Positions 43,814-57,488 of a stretch of 64,000 bases of DNA are shown piece by piece (within the stretch, counting starts at the first letter, position 1; every line of letters begins with the position of its first letter). The position numbers were made by a program, and so were the translations under genes. Origin of the DNA: Macrostomum lignano (lineage: Eukaryota). The notes under the pieces are model-generated. The model did no database searches. It had not been told where the DNA came from and saw only the letters and a list, made by a program, of their open reading frames with translations. Location of the stretch: contig NIVC01002297.1 in NCBI GenBank assembly GCA_002269645.1, positions 62,001-126,000 of the forward strand, in the 5' to 3' direction.

Positions 43814-44227
43814 GAGGAATGTGCCCGCCAGGCTACGGAGAGGAGACCTGTGGGGAGTGAAGTACAAGCTGCACTTTAAGGCCGATTTATGCAGTGGCCG
43901 AGCAGACGCCTGTGCGAGTCGGAGAGCCGCCTCCGAGGTGGACGCCTCCGAGATGAGCCACGTGGACTCGATCTACGATAGCTGGGCGAAACGCACCTCG
44001 TTCTGGCTGGGCGGCCTCCTGCCGGCTGGCAGCCCGGAGCCAGCAGGCGGCTGGTACTGGGTCGGCTGTAACATCTCCGTTGACGCCAGCCTGAGGGGCA
44101 GTGGAGAGCCCCAGGATCCGGAGAATGCTATCGGAAGGTGGTTCGGTCACGACAAGCTGTCCGACTTCAGAGACTACTCCGCACTCCACGTCCCGTCCTG
44201 TGCGAATGCTGGTCTCCATTCAACTGA
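43814..44227 (+). pseudogene. C-type lectin domain exon, frameshifted paralog
   Basis: CPPGY/KYKLHF...SFWLGG...WYWVGCNISVDASLRGSGEPQDPENAIG...LSDF/VLCECWSPFN*. Frameshifts near 43836 and 44188. Confidence 0.7.
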
Positions 44228-46057
44228 GAGTTGCAGCTAATATTTAAGGTCTCGAGTCGTTGAAAATTTAAACAAAATATTCTTTAAAACTGTTTTCACA
44301 CACGTTGGATGAAATAGTATCATATATGCAGTGTCATTTTCTAATCGGCCCGAAAATGTTCCTTTAACATGACATTCTTGAAACCCGGTTCAGTACATTC
44401 TCCTCCTTTTCCCAGTGTGGCTATGGAAAAGGACGTCCGAGGAAGAAATTCAATCACTCCGACGTCTCCGATAGCATATTTTGATTTAGACTGCTGTATA
44501 TAACGAAAATGAAATTTTAGTTACTACTGTACACAACTTTATAAAATCTATGCAGAGTAACATGTTGTGCGTGTAGTTAAAGAAATGGTAGTCTTCACTG
44601 CCCCAGATCAAAAGCAAATTAATAGACTTTTTGATAAAAAAAATTTCTACATGTATGTGCATTTATTCCAGGAAATTGCATGGCCTCGTAAAAATTCACC
44701 AGCTTCGAAGTTTTACATGCATATGTACATCCTGTTAAAATACAGTGACGGCCATGTACTATCAATCCTGCACACTGCAGACGTGCAAGCGGAGATACAT
44801 ATGTACTCATATGTACATGTACTCATTGTAAACATGCACATGTATGTACGACACATTTTTGCAATATACTTTTCGTAAATAACTTTCTTCTATGAAACTA
44901 CTTTTAACAGCAAGCAGAAGTTTTGGTAATCTTCTCAAGCAAGTTGACTTTTATAAGGTTTGTTGATTAAATATTTTTCTCTTCACACATACATCTTACA
45001 CAGACTTTCTCACGGCTCTTTCCCATTCCATCACATGCGATTAACTAACCTGTTTGTATTTTTTAATAAATATATGCAGTAGCCCCACGAAAATTGTAAT
45101 CGTCTATAATCGTTTGAAGAAATCAAAAGTAAAAGGTAGCAGCTGACATATGCAGCAAGAGACTACATTAAACAGCTGGGACTAACCCGTTGAAAACAAT
45201 GGTTAATCTTGAAAGTAAATATACGAGAAGTAACTTTTGGTAGGTTAAATTTACTACAGTTTAACTTTCGAAAAAGGAATTGTACATAAATTAAACACAC
45301 GGACACTTTGTAGGTTAAATTTCGGTTTACAAACTGGTAAATTAACGTGAACTTATCCTCCTTAAAAGCAAAGTGACGTCAAATAACGTTTATTTACCTT
45401 AAATTACGTTAATAAACCTTTAGGCTGTAAGTTACATGTAATTAACCCCCGTTTTCTATGGGAAGCTTATACATATGTAATTGTAGTGCTGGCATCTCTC
45501 TCAAAGATTCAAGGCTAAATCAGACAAATGATGGATTAAATCAATTGAATAATTTCAGAAGAGTTTTACTCAAAATAGTACTTTTGGAGTGCTTTACATG
45601 TATCGACAATGCATGGTAATACGAACCAATCGACAAATGTAAACAACCAAGTAAATGAAAAAGCTTAAAATCCAATCCTACGTTGGGTAATTAATAGTGC
45701 TAAAATTTAAAGTTTAATTGTGATAAAATATGTATTATGGATGATATACGATTGTATTTTTTAAACTAAGGCTGTTTCTACGAAACCAAATTTTACTAAG
45801 CACTGATTTAAAATTTTGTTTTTCCGCGAAAGTTGCTAAGCTGAAAGCTAGCGCAAAGTGAAGCCTATAAAGTAAGAAATGTACATCTTTTAAGTTATAT
45901 ATACTGCGTGAAAAAAAAAACTGTTGGAAGTTTGTCGAAAAAAATCTTAGTTCCGCTAATTTCGCACTATTTTCCTCCCGGATTTAGCACATACAGTTAT
46001 TGTACTGTTTCAATCTTGAAAGGTGTAACTTGTAAGAGCTTTTGATTTAAAATTTAT

Positions 46058-49000
46058 ATGGCCAAAGCGTACGATTATTTATTCAAGCTTTTGCTTATCG
46101 GTGATAGTGGCGTCGGAAAAACATGTTTGCTGGTTCGTTTCGCTGAAGATAATTTTTCTCCGACATTTATATCAACCATAGGTAAGTTATGAGATACATT
46201 AGAAATAAGTTAAATTTAAAAAATGCGATTTTCCCTCTTTAATCCTTTTCGTTTTGTATAGCTTATTTTCGTTCAAGAAGGTATTACAATGTCTATATGT
46301 TTTGAGAAACTTTGAGTATTTAGTCAGTTTTACTTTTCATTTATTTATTATGTTCAACAAGGATCTGATTTAACAAAAGTTGAATATTTTGTATCATGGC
46401 TATTGTTACCATTATGAATAACATTCAGTCTGTCACTCTGTTAAATTTTTCTCATAGGATTTCTCCCAGACTCCAGATGGTATACATTTACACTATGCCA
46501 GAATTTTCTGGCGTACAGAGGGACCTAGATTACACATTGGCATACAACTTGGCATACAAAAGCGCCTGGCGTGACCTCTTGGCGTACAGCTTGGCATATA
46601 GAGATTGCCGTGACCAGCAAGTGGGACCAAAAGTTCTGAGTCCCAACAATCAATCTACATAATTAGCATACAAAAATGATTAAGTTTGCATTTGGCATAG
46701 TTTCCATGTACATAGTTACAGTAGCTAAATTTTGATCAGAAAGAATGGCCAGCCCTTTACAAAAAAAACCAAAAAGTAAATTAAAAAAACCAGGTTTAAC
46801 CTTTCCAAGAAAGTAAAAGTAAGACAAAAATACTTAAAATGAACTAGTTCTCTATAGTTTAGTAAAAAGATTTTCAGTTTTAATGCATAGGTTGTTTGAA
46901 TATTAAAATTTTGCAAGCTTTTAATATTAGTTGTAATTTGTAATTTTTTATTTTGGCATATTTTTGTATGCAATAAAAAGTTTGTTGGCGTACATTGGCA
47001 TGCATGAGCTACGGAAGCAATTTTCGTTCCAGTGTACAGCGGTACACGATCCTGACCCTGGGATTTCTCATAGGGAAGATTTATAAAATTTGGTTTAAAT
47101 ACTTGTATCTTTTGAATCTGATTATGTAAATATGATTTCAAATATTGTAAAATTTGAGCAATGAACAATTCTTTAGTATTTACATTTAAAACATTTTGTC
47201 TTATACATGCCTTTTTGGGCATGAAGCAAACCTTAATATTCTTTGTAAGTTTAAGATTTTATAACTAATTATGTATTAAGTATATCAGTTAAGTTTTATA
47301 TAAATGCATAAATTAATCTTAATTGTACATTTATTATAAGTGGGATATGCAATTTTATTTTGTCCTGTTATGCTTTTAATTAGAAAAAAATAACATTAGG
47401 AGTTTTATTTAAATCATAACAAGTTTTTTTCTTTTTGTCAAATCTAAAGTCAATAAACAGTCTCAAGCTTTCACTTGCCAATTATTTTTTTAGGAATTGA
47501 CTTCAAGGTTCGCACTATTGATTTGGATGGAAAACGTGTTAAACTGCAGATATGGTAGGCTACAATTTTTATGCCTGATTATTTAAAGGGATGTAGGACC
47601 CTGCACAAAGACAAAAAGGCATGATTAGACATTAAGAGGATAGGGCTATTGAATGGGAGATAGTAGAGCTGGATCAAGGAGAGGGTAGAGCTAGATCAAG
47701 GAGAGGGTAGAGCTGGATAAGGGAGAGGGTAGAGCTGGATAAAGGAGAGGGTAGAGCTGGATCAAGGAGAGGGTAGAGCTGGATCAAGGAGAGGGTAGAG
47801 CTGGATAAGGGAGAGGGTAGAGCTGGATAAGGGAGAGGGTAGAGCTGGATAAGGGAGAGGGTAGAGCTGGATCAGGGAGAGGGTAAAGCTGGGGCACAGA
47901 ATCAGGTATCCGAGTGCAGTACAGTGGTAAATAAAGCAATCTCCCAGCTAATATAATATTCAATAACCACAACTAATCCGCAGGGACACAGCTGGCCAGG
48001 AACGATTCCGCACCATCACCACAGCGTACTATCGCGGCGCTATGGGCATCGTTTTAGTTTACGATGTCACTAGTCAGAAGTCGTTTCAAAATATTCGCAC
48101 CTGGATTGGAAATATCAACGAGCACGCCAGCTCAGATGTTGAGCGAATGCTATTAGCTAATAAATGCGACATGCCCGATAGACGGATGGTGGCCACTGAG
48201 CAGGGTCAGAAGGTGCGATTGACCTATTTGTGTGACCTGTTTTTAGTGAAATTTTACTTAAGTTTTCACACCACTACGTTTATGGCCTTTGTAACGGGTG
48301 TTTCGTGTCCGGTGTGTGTGTCCGGTAGGTGTTTCCGTGTTGTCCGGTGTGTGCTTCACGTCCGGTGTGTGCTTCACGTCCGGTGTGTGCTTTATGTCCG
48401 GTGTGTGCTTCATGTCCGGTGTGTGTTTTCGTGTCCGGTGTGTATTTTCGTGTCCGGTGTGTGTTTTCGTGTCCGGTGTGTGTTTTCGTGTCCGTTGTGT
48501 GTTTTCGTGTCCGGTGTGTATTTTCGTGTCCGGTGTGTGTTTTCGTGTCCGGTGTGTGTTTTCGTGTCCGGTGTGTGTTTTCGTGTCCGTTGTGTGTTTT
48601 CGTGTCCGGTGTGTATTTTCGTGTCCGGTGTGTGTTTTCGTGTCCGGTGTGTGTTTTCGTGTCCGGTGTGTATTTTCGTGTCCGGTGTGTTTCTCTGACC
48701 GGTGTGTGTTTTTATCCAGTGGGTGTTTCAGTGTTGGAATTTCTAGCCCGGGGATGTTTCTTAAAGAGCTGGACAATTCTATAAGCAGCTGGCGTCTGTT
48801 TAAACACTTGGTGTTTATAATCTGCATCAAGTGAGGCATTCCAACCCTGCCACAACCGCTAACCGGTTTACACCTGCCAGTCGGTCCTGGTCAGCTAAAT
48901 TTATATCTACAAACTCGAATGGCCTGCCTACGAGCGTAAATGTGAAACTTTGAATCAAAATTGAATTCATTCTGCACTTTCAAATTCACTAATAATGCTA

Positions 49001-50021
49001 AAATTTAATTAAGAATTCCTTGCTTAGCAATCCATTCTGTTTATCACATTTGCTATAGATTAGCAATCCTAAGATTAGCAATCCATTCTGTTTATCACAT
49101 TGGCTATAGATTAGCAATCCATTCTATTTATCACATTGGCTATAGATTAGCAATCCATTCTATTCTGTTTATCATCACATTGGCTATAGATTAGCAATCC
49201 ATTCTATTCTGTTTATCCCATTGGCTATAGATTAGCAATCCATTCTATTCTGTTTATCACATTGGCTATAAATTAGCAATCCATTCTGTTTAACACATTG
49301 GCTATAGATTAGCAATCCATTCTGTTTAACACATTGGCTATAGATTAGCAATCCATTCTGTTTAACACATTGGCTATAGATTAGCTATCCATTCTGTTTA
49401 ACACATTGGCTATAGATTAGCTATCCATTCTATTTATCACATTGGCTATAGATTAGCAATCCATTCTGTTTAACACATTGGCTATAGATTAGCTATCCAT
49501 TCTATTTATCACATTGGCTATAGATTAGCAATCCATTCTGTTTATCACATTGGCTATAGATTAGCAATCCATTCTGTTTATCACATTGGCTATAGATTAG
49601 CAATCCATTCTGTTTATCACATTGGCTATAGATTAGCAATCCATTCTGTTTATCACATTGGCTATAGATTAGCAATCCATTCTGTTTATCACATTGGCTA
49701 TAGATTAGCAATCCATTCTGTTTATCACATTGGCTATAGATTAGCAATCCATTCTGTTTATCACATTGGCTATAGATTAGCAATCCATTCTCCCAACCGC
49801 AGCTCGCAGCAGAATACCAGCTGCGTTTCCTAGAAACCTCGGCCAAGTCCGGTTCGAACGTGGAGGAGGCGTTCTTCCTGCTAGCCAAGGGCATCAAAGC
49901 CAAACTGGATGGGAAGCGATCAGCGCCAGGCGCGGCCAGTGGCGCCGCCTCGTCAGAGCAGCGCGGCGGCAAACAGCGCCAACGAGAGAGCGGCAAGAAG
50001 TTTCGGTGCGAAATTTTATAA
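46058..50021 (+). CDS. RAB8: Rab8-family small GTPase (Rab8/10/13 group), 4 exons, 210 aa
   Basis: Exons 46058-46181, 47494-47554, 47984-48212, 49803-50021. [63 protein letters not shown], CaaX CEIL*. Confidence 0.95.
47660..47890. repeat. 22-bp minisatellite in Rab intron 2
   Basis: GGGAGAGGGTAGAGCTGGATAA units. Confidence 0.9.
48295..48720. repeat. 19-bp minisatellite in Rab intron 3
   Basis: GTCCGGTGTGTGTTTTCGT units. Confidence 0.9.
49020..49790. repeat. 36-bp minisatellite A (also about 53185-53728, 56585-57258, 59828-61104)
   Basis: GATTAGCAATCCATTCTGTTTATCACATTGGCTATA units. Confidence 0.95.
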
Positions 50022-50488
50022 ATTTTTGCTTTCTGCCTGTTGCTGTGACAACCGGCTGAAAGTAAATCTAACCAGTTTTATTATCATATTTGCATTTGTT
50101 GCTACGCTGCGTTGCTTAATTATCAATTAATACTTGAGACTGTTTTGAATGGCTCACTATCTAACCTCAATAAATTATATTTTTTCCAAGCTGGTTAAGA
50201 AAAAGTTTTTTTACTACTTTATAAAATTATTTCATCATTCGTATTTGGCTACTTCTTGTCAGTAGCGTTTTGTGATCAAAGTTTGTTATGTGAATTTTTA
50301 ATCTTTTATTGATTTCATTTTCGCTGGCTATGAAAGCTTGAGATGATATCTTAGTCGTTTGCGATTTTTATTGTTGATATATTTGATTATTTTTGTACAG
50401 AAAGCTTTTACGCTTCTCAAACTTTACTTGAGGTATTTTGGTCGCTGAAGCACCGCTGTCACCTGCCCACATCCTCCCTCAGTTACTA

Positions 50489-51780
50489 AGCCAGCCTCCC
50501 AGATCCTCAGTTGCTGGGCCAGCCTCCCAGATCCTCAGTTGCTGAGCCAGCCTCCCAGATCCTCAGTTGCTGGGCCAGCCTCCCAGATCCTCAGTTGCTG
50601 GGCCAGCCTCCCAGATCCTCAGTTGCTGAGCCAGCCTCCCAGATCCTCAGTTGCTGGGCCAGCCTCCCAGATCCTCAGTTTCTGAGCCAGCCTCCCAGAT
50701 CCTCAGTTGCTGGGCCAGCCTCCCAGATCCTCAGTTGCTGGGCCAGCCTCCCAGATCCTCAGTTGCTGAGCCAGCCTCCCAGATCCTCAATTGCTGGGCC
50801 AGCCTCCCAGAGTGTCAGTTGCTGGGCCAGCCTCCCAGATCCTCAGTAGCTGGGCCAGCCTCCCAGATCCTCAGTTGCTGGGCCAGCCTCCCAGATCCTC
50901 AGTTGCTGGGCCAGCCTCCCAGATCCTCAGTTGCTGGGCCAGCCTCCCAGATCCTCAGTTGCTGAGCCAGCCTCCCAGATCCTCAGTTGCTGGGCCAGCC
51001 TCCCAGATCCTCAGTTGCTGAGCCAGCCTCCCAGATCCTCAGTTGCTGGGCCAGCCTCCCAGATCCTCAGTTGCTGAGCCAGCCTCCCAGATCCTCAGTT
51101 GCTGGGCCAGCCTCCCAGATCCTCAGTTGCTGGGCCAGCCTCCCAGATCCTCAGTTGCTGAGCCAGCCTCCCAGATCCTCAATTGCTGGGCCAGCCTCCC
51201 AGATCCTCAGTTGCTGAGCCAGCCTCCCAGATCCTCAGTTGCTGGGCCAGCCTCCCAGATCCTCAGTTGCTGAGCCAGCCTCCCAGATCCTCAGTTGCTG
51301 GGCCAGCCTCCCAGATCCTCAGTTGCTGGGCCAGCCTCCCAGATCCTCAGTTGCTGAGCCAGCCTCCCAGATCCTCAGTTGCTGGGCCAGCCTCCCAGAT
51401 CCTCAGTTGCTGAGCCAGCCTCCCAGATCCTCAGTTGCTGGGCCAGCCTCCCAGATCCTCAGTTGCTGGGCCAGCCTCCCAGATCCTCAGTTGCTGGGCC
51501 AGCCTCCCAGATCCTCAGTTGCTGGGCCAGCCTCCCAGATCCTCAGTTGCTGGGCCAGCCTCCCAGATCCTCAGTTGCTGGGCCAGCCTCCCAGATCCTC
51601 AGTTGCTGGGCCAGCCTCCCAGATCCTCAGTTGCTGGGCCAGCCTCCCAGATCCTCAGTTGCTGAGCCAGCCTCCCAGAGTGTCAGTTGCTGGGCCAGCC
51701 TCCCAGATCCTCAGTTGCTGGGCCAGCCTCCCAGATCCTCAGTTGCTGGGCCAGCCTCCCAGATCCTCAGGTGCTGTGCC
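50489..51780. repeat. 28-bp minisatellite B (also about 54426-55325, 57956-58520, 61802-62360)
   Basis: GCCAGCCTCCCAGATCCTCAGTTGCTG(G/A) units. Confidence 0.95.
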
Positions 51781-52285
51781 AGCCTCTAAAAATGTGACCT
51801 AGTGTTTCACCCACTTTTGTTATGTTAAGTCGTTTAGCTGAACACTGATTGAACTCACTAGTGGATTGAAGTGCTATTGATTATTCTAAACTTCAGCAGT
51901 ATTTCTGTAGTAAAAAGAATATTTTAACAATAAGTCAACTGCATCTTTTGACGTACGTCTTAAGCGTACTACAGACTCAATTTCTGTCGTAATTTATGGT
52001 TGCTTTATATTTTTATACAATCATTGTATCTGTGTTAAGATGATAGATCCTTAGTCAATATATTCTCCTATTCGCTAATTATTCTTTATAGGTATTCCAG
52101 TTATATAACAGAGAAAGTTATGGAGTGTCGGATATGTAATCTTGTCCTTTTTTAAATGCAATAAATTAGCCATGTAAATCGGATCATTTCTATTTCTAAT
52201 TTTGTCGAAAAAATTACTGCCTAAAGTTTTTTTGTTGGATATAGTTTTCTTGTTTAAGTTCAGATGGAGATAGCCATTTAGCGTG

Positions 52286-53180
52286 AGGTCCGATGTACAT
52301 TCAGGAGAGAGAGAGACTATAGTGTGTGGGATTGGGTCCGATGTACATTCAGAATAGAGAGACTATAGTGGGTGTGGGATTGGGTCCGATGTACATTCAG
52401 AATAGAGAGACTATAGTGGGTGTGGGATTGGGTCCGATGTACATTCAGAATAGAGAGACTAATAGTGGGTGTGGGATTGGGTCCGATGTACATTCAGAAT
52501 AGAGAGACATAGTGGGTGTGGGATTGGGTCCGATATACATTCAGAATAGAGAGACTATAGTGTGTGTGGGATATGGTCCGATGTACATTCAGAATAGAGA
52601 TACTATAGTGTGTGTGGGATATGGTCCGATGTACATTCAGAATAGAGATACTATAGTGTGTGTGGGATATGGTCCGATGTACATTCAGAATAGAGAGACT
52701 ATAGTGGGTGTGGGATTGGGTCCGATGTACATTCAGAATAGAGACTATAGTGTGTGTGGGATATGGTCCGATGTACATTCAGAATAGAGACTATAGTGGG
52801 TGTGGGATTGGGTCCGATGTACATTCAGAATAGAGAGACTATAGTGGGTGTGGGATTGGGTCCGATGTACATTCAGAATAGAGAGACTATAGTGGGTGTG
52901 GAATTGGGTCCGATGTACATTCAGAATAGAGATACTATAGTGGGTGTGGGATTGGGTCCGATGTACATTCAGAATAGAGACTATAGTGGGTGTGGGATTG
53001 GGTCCGATGTACATTCAGAATAGAGAGACTATAGTGGGTGTGGGATTGGGTCCGATGTACATTCAGAATAGAGACTATAGTGGGTGTGGGATTGGGTCCG
53101 ATGTACATTCAGAATAGAGACTATAGTGGGTGTGGGATTGGGTCCGATGTACATTCTGAATAGAGAGACTATAGTGGATG
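52286..53180. repeat. 46-48-bp minisatellite C (also about 55830-56580, 59027-59822, 62866-64000)
   Basis: GTCCGATGTACATTCAGAATAGAGAGACTATAGTGGGTGTGGGATTGG units. Confidence 0.95.
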
Positions 53181-53739
53181 TCTATTCTGTTTATCACATT
53201 GGCTATAGATTAGCAATCCATTCTGTTTATCACATTGGCTATAGATTAGCAATCCATTCTGTTTAACACATTGGCTATAGATTAGCAATCCATTCTGTTT
53301 ATCACATTGGCTATAGATTAGCAATCCATTCTGTTTAACACATTGGCTATAGATTAGCTATCCATTCTATTTATCACATTGGCTATAGATTAGCAATCCA
53401 TTCTGTTTATCACATTGGCTATAGATTAGCAATCCATTCTGTTTATCACATTGGCTATAGATTAGCAATCCATTCTGTTTATCACATTGGCTATAGATTA
53501 GCAATCCATTCTGTTTATCACATTGGCTATAGATTAGCAATCCATTCTGTTTATCACATTGGCTATAGATTAGCAATCCATTCTGTTTATCACATTGGCT
53601 ATAGATTAGCAATCCATTCTGTTTATCACATTGGCTATAGATTAGCAATCCATTCTGTTTATCACATTGGCTATAGATTAGCAATCCATTCTGTTTATCA
53701 CATTGGCTATAGATTAGCAATCCATTCTCCCAACCGCAG

Positions 53740-53958
53740 CTCGCAGCAGAATACCAGCTGCGTTTCCTAGAAACCTCGGCCAAGTCCGGTTCGAACGTGG
53801 AGGAGGCGTTCTTCCTGCTAGCCAAGGGCATCAAAGCCAAACTGGATGGGAAGCGATCAGCGCCAGGCGCGGCCAGTGGCGCCGCCTCGTCAGAGCAGCG
53901 CGGCGGCAAACAGCGCCAACGAGAGAGCGGCAAGAAGTTTCGGTGCGAAATTTTATAA
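53740..53958 (+). other. Duplicated Rab terminal exon, copy 2
   Basis: Appears identical to 49803-50021, including the CCGCAG acceptor. Confidence 0.92.
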
Positions 53959-56900
53959 ATTTTTGCTTTCTGCCTGTTGCTGTGACAACCGGCTGAAAGT
54001 AAATCTAACCAGTTTTATTATCATATTTGCATTTGTTGCTACGCTGCGTTGCTTAATTATCAATTAATACTTGAGACTGTTTTGAATGGCTCACTATCTA
54101 ACCTCAATAAATTATATTTTTTCCAAGCTGGTTAAGAAAAAGTTTTTTTACTACTTTATAAAATTATTTCATCATTCGTATTTGGCTACTTCTTGTCAGT
54201 AGCGTTTTGTGATCAAAGTTTGTTATGTGAATTTTTAATCTTTTATTGATTTCATTTTCGCTGGCTATGAAAGCTTGAGATGATATCTTAGTCGTTTGCG
54301 ATTTTTATTGTTGATATATTTGATTATTTTTGTACAGAAAGCTTTTACGCTTCTCAAACTTTACTTGAGGTATTTTGGTCGCTGAAGCACCGCTGTCACC
54401 TGCCCACATCCTCCCTCAGTTACTAAGCCAGCCTCCCAGATCCTCAGTTGCTGGGCCAGCCTCCCAGATCCTCAGTTGCTGAGCCAGCCTCCCAGATCCT
54501 CAGTTGCTGGGCCAGCCTCCCAGATCCTCAGTTGCTGGGCCAGCCTCCCAGATCCTCAGTTGCTGAGCCAGCCTCCCAGATCCTCAGTTGCTGGGCCAGC
54601 CTCCCAGATCCTCAGTTTCTGAGCCAGCCTCCCAGATCCTCAGTTGCTGGGCCAGCCTCCCAGATCCTCAGTTGCTGAGCCAGCCTCCCAGATCCTCAAT
54701 TGCTGGGCCAGCCTCCCAGATCCTCAGTTGCTGAGCCAGCCTCCCAGATCCTCAGTTGCTGGGCCAGCCTCCCAGATCCTCAGTTGCTGAGCCAGCCTCC
54801 CAGATCCTCAGTTGCTGAGCCAGCCTCCCAGATCCTCAGTTGCTGGGCCAGCCTCCCAGATCCTCAGTTGCTGGGCCAGCCTCCCAGATCCTCAGTTGCT
54901 GGGCCAGCCTCCCAGATCCTCAGTTGCTGGGCCAGCCTCCCAGATCCTCAGTTGCTGAGCCAGCCTCCCAGATCCTCAATTGCTGGCCAGCCTCCCAGAT
55001 CCTCAGTTGCTGAGCCAGCCTCCCAGATCCTCAGTTGCTGGGCCAGCCTCCCAGATCCTCAGTTGCTGAGCCAGCCTCCCAGATCCTCAGTTGCTGGGCC
55101 AGCCTCCCAGATCCTCAGTTGCTGGGCCAGCCTCCCAGATCCTCAGTTGCTGAGCCAGCCTCCCAGATCCTCAGTTGCTGGGCCAGCCTCCCAGATCCTC
55201 AGTTGCTGAGCCAGCCTCCCAGATCCTCAGTTGCTGGGCCAGCCTCCCAGATCCTCAGTTGCTGGGCCAGCCTCCCAGATCCTCAGTTGCTGGGCCAGCC
55301 TCCCAGATCCTCAGGTGCTGTGCCAGCCTCTAAAAATGTGACCTAGTGTTTCACCCACTTTTGTTATGTTAAGTCGTTTAGCTGAACACTGATTGAACTC
55401 AGTAGTGGATTGAAGTGCTATTGATTATTCTAAACTTCAGCAGTATTTCTGTAGTAAAAAGAATATTTTAACAATAAGTCAACTGCATCTTTTGACGTAC
55501 GTCTTAAGCGTACTACAGACTCAATTTCTGTCGTAATTTATGGTTGCTTTATATTTTTATACAATCATTGTATCTGTGTTAAGATGATAGATCCTTAGTC
55601 AATATATTCTCCTATTCGCTAATTATTCTTTATAGGTATTCCAGTTATATAACAGAGAAAGTTATGGAGTGTCGGATATGTAATCTTGTCCTTTTTTAAA
55701 TGCAATAAATTAGCCATGTAAATCGGATCATTTCTATTTCTAATTTTGTCGAAAAAATTACTGCCTAAAGTTTTTTTGTTGGATATAGTTTTCTTGTTTA
55801 AGTTCAGATGGAGATAGCCATTTAGCGTGAGGTCCGATGTACATTCAGGAGAGAGAGAGACTATAGTGTGTGGGATTGGGTCCGATGTACATTCAGAATA
55901 GAGAGACTATAGTGGGTGTGGGATTGGGTCCGATGTACATTCAGAATAGAGAGACTATAGTGGGTGTGGGATTGGGTCCGATGTACATTCAGAATAGAGA
56001 GACTATAGTGGGTGTGGGATTGGGTCCGATGTACATTCAGAATAGAGAGACATAGTGGGTGTGGGATTGGGTCCGATATACATTCAGAATAGAGAGACTA
56101 TAGTGTGTGTGGGATATGGTCCGATGTACATTCAGAATAGAGACTATAGTGGGTGTGGGATTGGGTCCGATGTACATTCAGAATAGAGAGACTATAGTGG
56201 GTGTGGGATTGGGTCCGATGTACATTCAGAATAGAGAGACTATAGTGGGTGTGGAATTGGGTCCGATGTACATTCAGAATAGAGATACTATAGTGGGTGT
56301 GGGATTGGGTCCGATGTACATTCAGAATAGAGACTATAGTGGGTGTGGGATTGGGTCCGATGTACATTCAGAATAGAGAGACTATAGTGGGTGTGGGATT
56401 GGGTCCGATGTACATTCAGAATAGAGACTATAGTGGGTGTGGGATTGGGTCCGATGTACATTCAGAATAGAGACTATAGTGGGTGTGGGATTGGGTCCGA
56501 TGTACATTCAGAATAGAGAGACTATAGTGGGTGTGGGATTGGGTCCGATGTACATTCAGAATAGAGAGACTATAGTGGATGTCTATTCTGTTTATCACAT
56601 TGGCTATATATTAGCAATCCATTCTATTTATCACATTGGCTATAGATTAGCAATCCATTCTGTTTATCACATTGGCTATAGATTAGCAATCCATTCTATT
56701 TATCACATTGGCTATAGTCCTATAGATTAGCAATCCATTCTGTTTATCACATTGGCTATAGATTAGCAATCCATTCTATTTATCACATTTGCTATAGATT
56801 AGCAATCCATTCTATTTATCACATTGGCTATAGATTAGCAATCCATTCTATTTATCACATTGGCTATAGATTAGCAATCCATTCTATTTATCACATTGGC

Positions 56901-57269
56901 TATAGATTAGCAATCCATTCTATTCTGTTTATCATCACATTGGCTATAGATTAGCAATCCATTCTATTCTGTTTATCCCATTGGCTATAGATTAGCAATC
57001 CATTCTGTTTATCACATTGGCTATAGATTAGCTATCCATTCTATTTATCACATTGGCTATAGATTAGCAATCCATTCTGTTTATCACATTGGCTATAGAT
57101 TAGCAATCCATTCTGTTTATCACATTGGCTATAGATTAGCAATCCATTCTGTTTATCACATTGGCTATAGATTAGCAATCCATTCTGTTTATCACATTGG
57201 CTATAGATTAGCAATCCATTCTGTTTATCACATTGGCTATAGATTAGCAATCCATTCTCCCAACCGCAG

Positions 57270-57488
57270 CTCGCAGCAGAATACCAGCTGCGTTTCCTAG
57301 AAACCTCGGCCAAGTCCGGTTCGAACGTGGAGGAGGCGTTCTTCCTGCTAGCCAAGGGCATCAAAGCCAAACTGGATGGGAAGCGATCAGCGCCAGGCGC
57401 GGCCAGTGGCGCCGCCTCGTCAGAGCAGCGCGGCGGCAAACAGCGCCAACGAGAGAGCGGCAAGAAGTTTCGGTGCGAAATTTTATAA
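57270..57488 (+). other. Duplicated Rab terminal exon, copy 3
   Basis: Appears identical to 49803-50021, including the acceptor. Confidence 0.92.

Noticed and set aside
46465-47060. Possible CCCAG...CTGGG non-autonomous element with TGGCATAC repeats in Rab intron 1
   Set aside because: Only 5 bp of terminal complementarity and an ambiguous TSD, too weak to call.
48042-48839. Cys/Val-rich or His/Thr-rich extensions of Rab exon 3
   Set aside because: Read-through into the 19-bp intronic minisatellite. The true donor is at 48212/48213.
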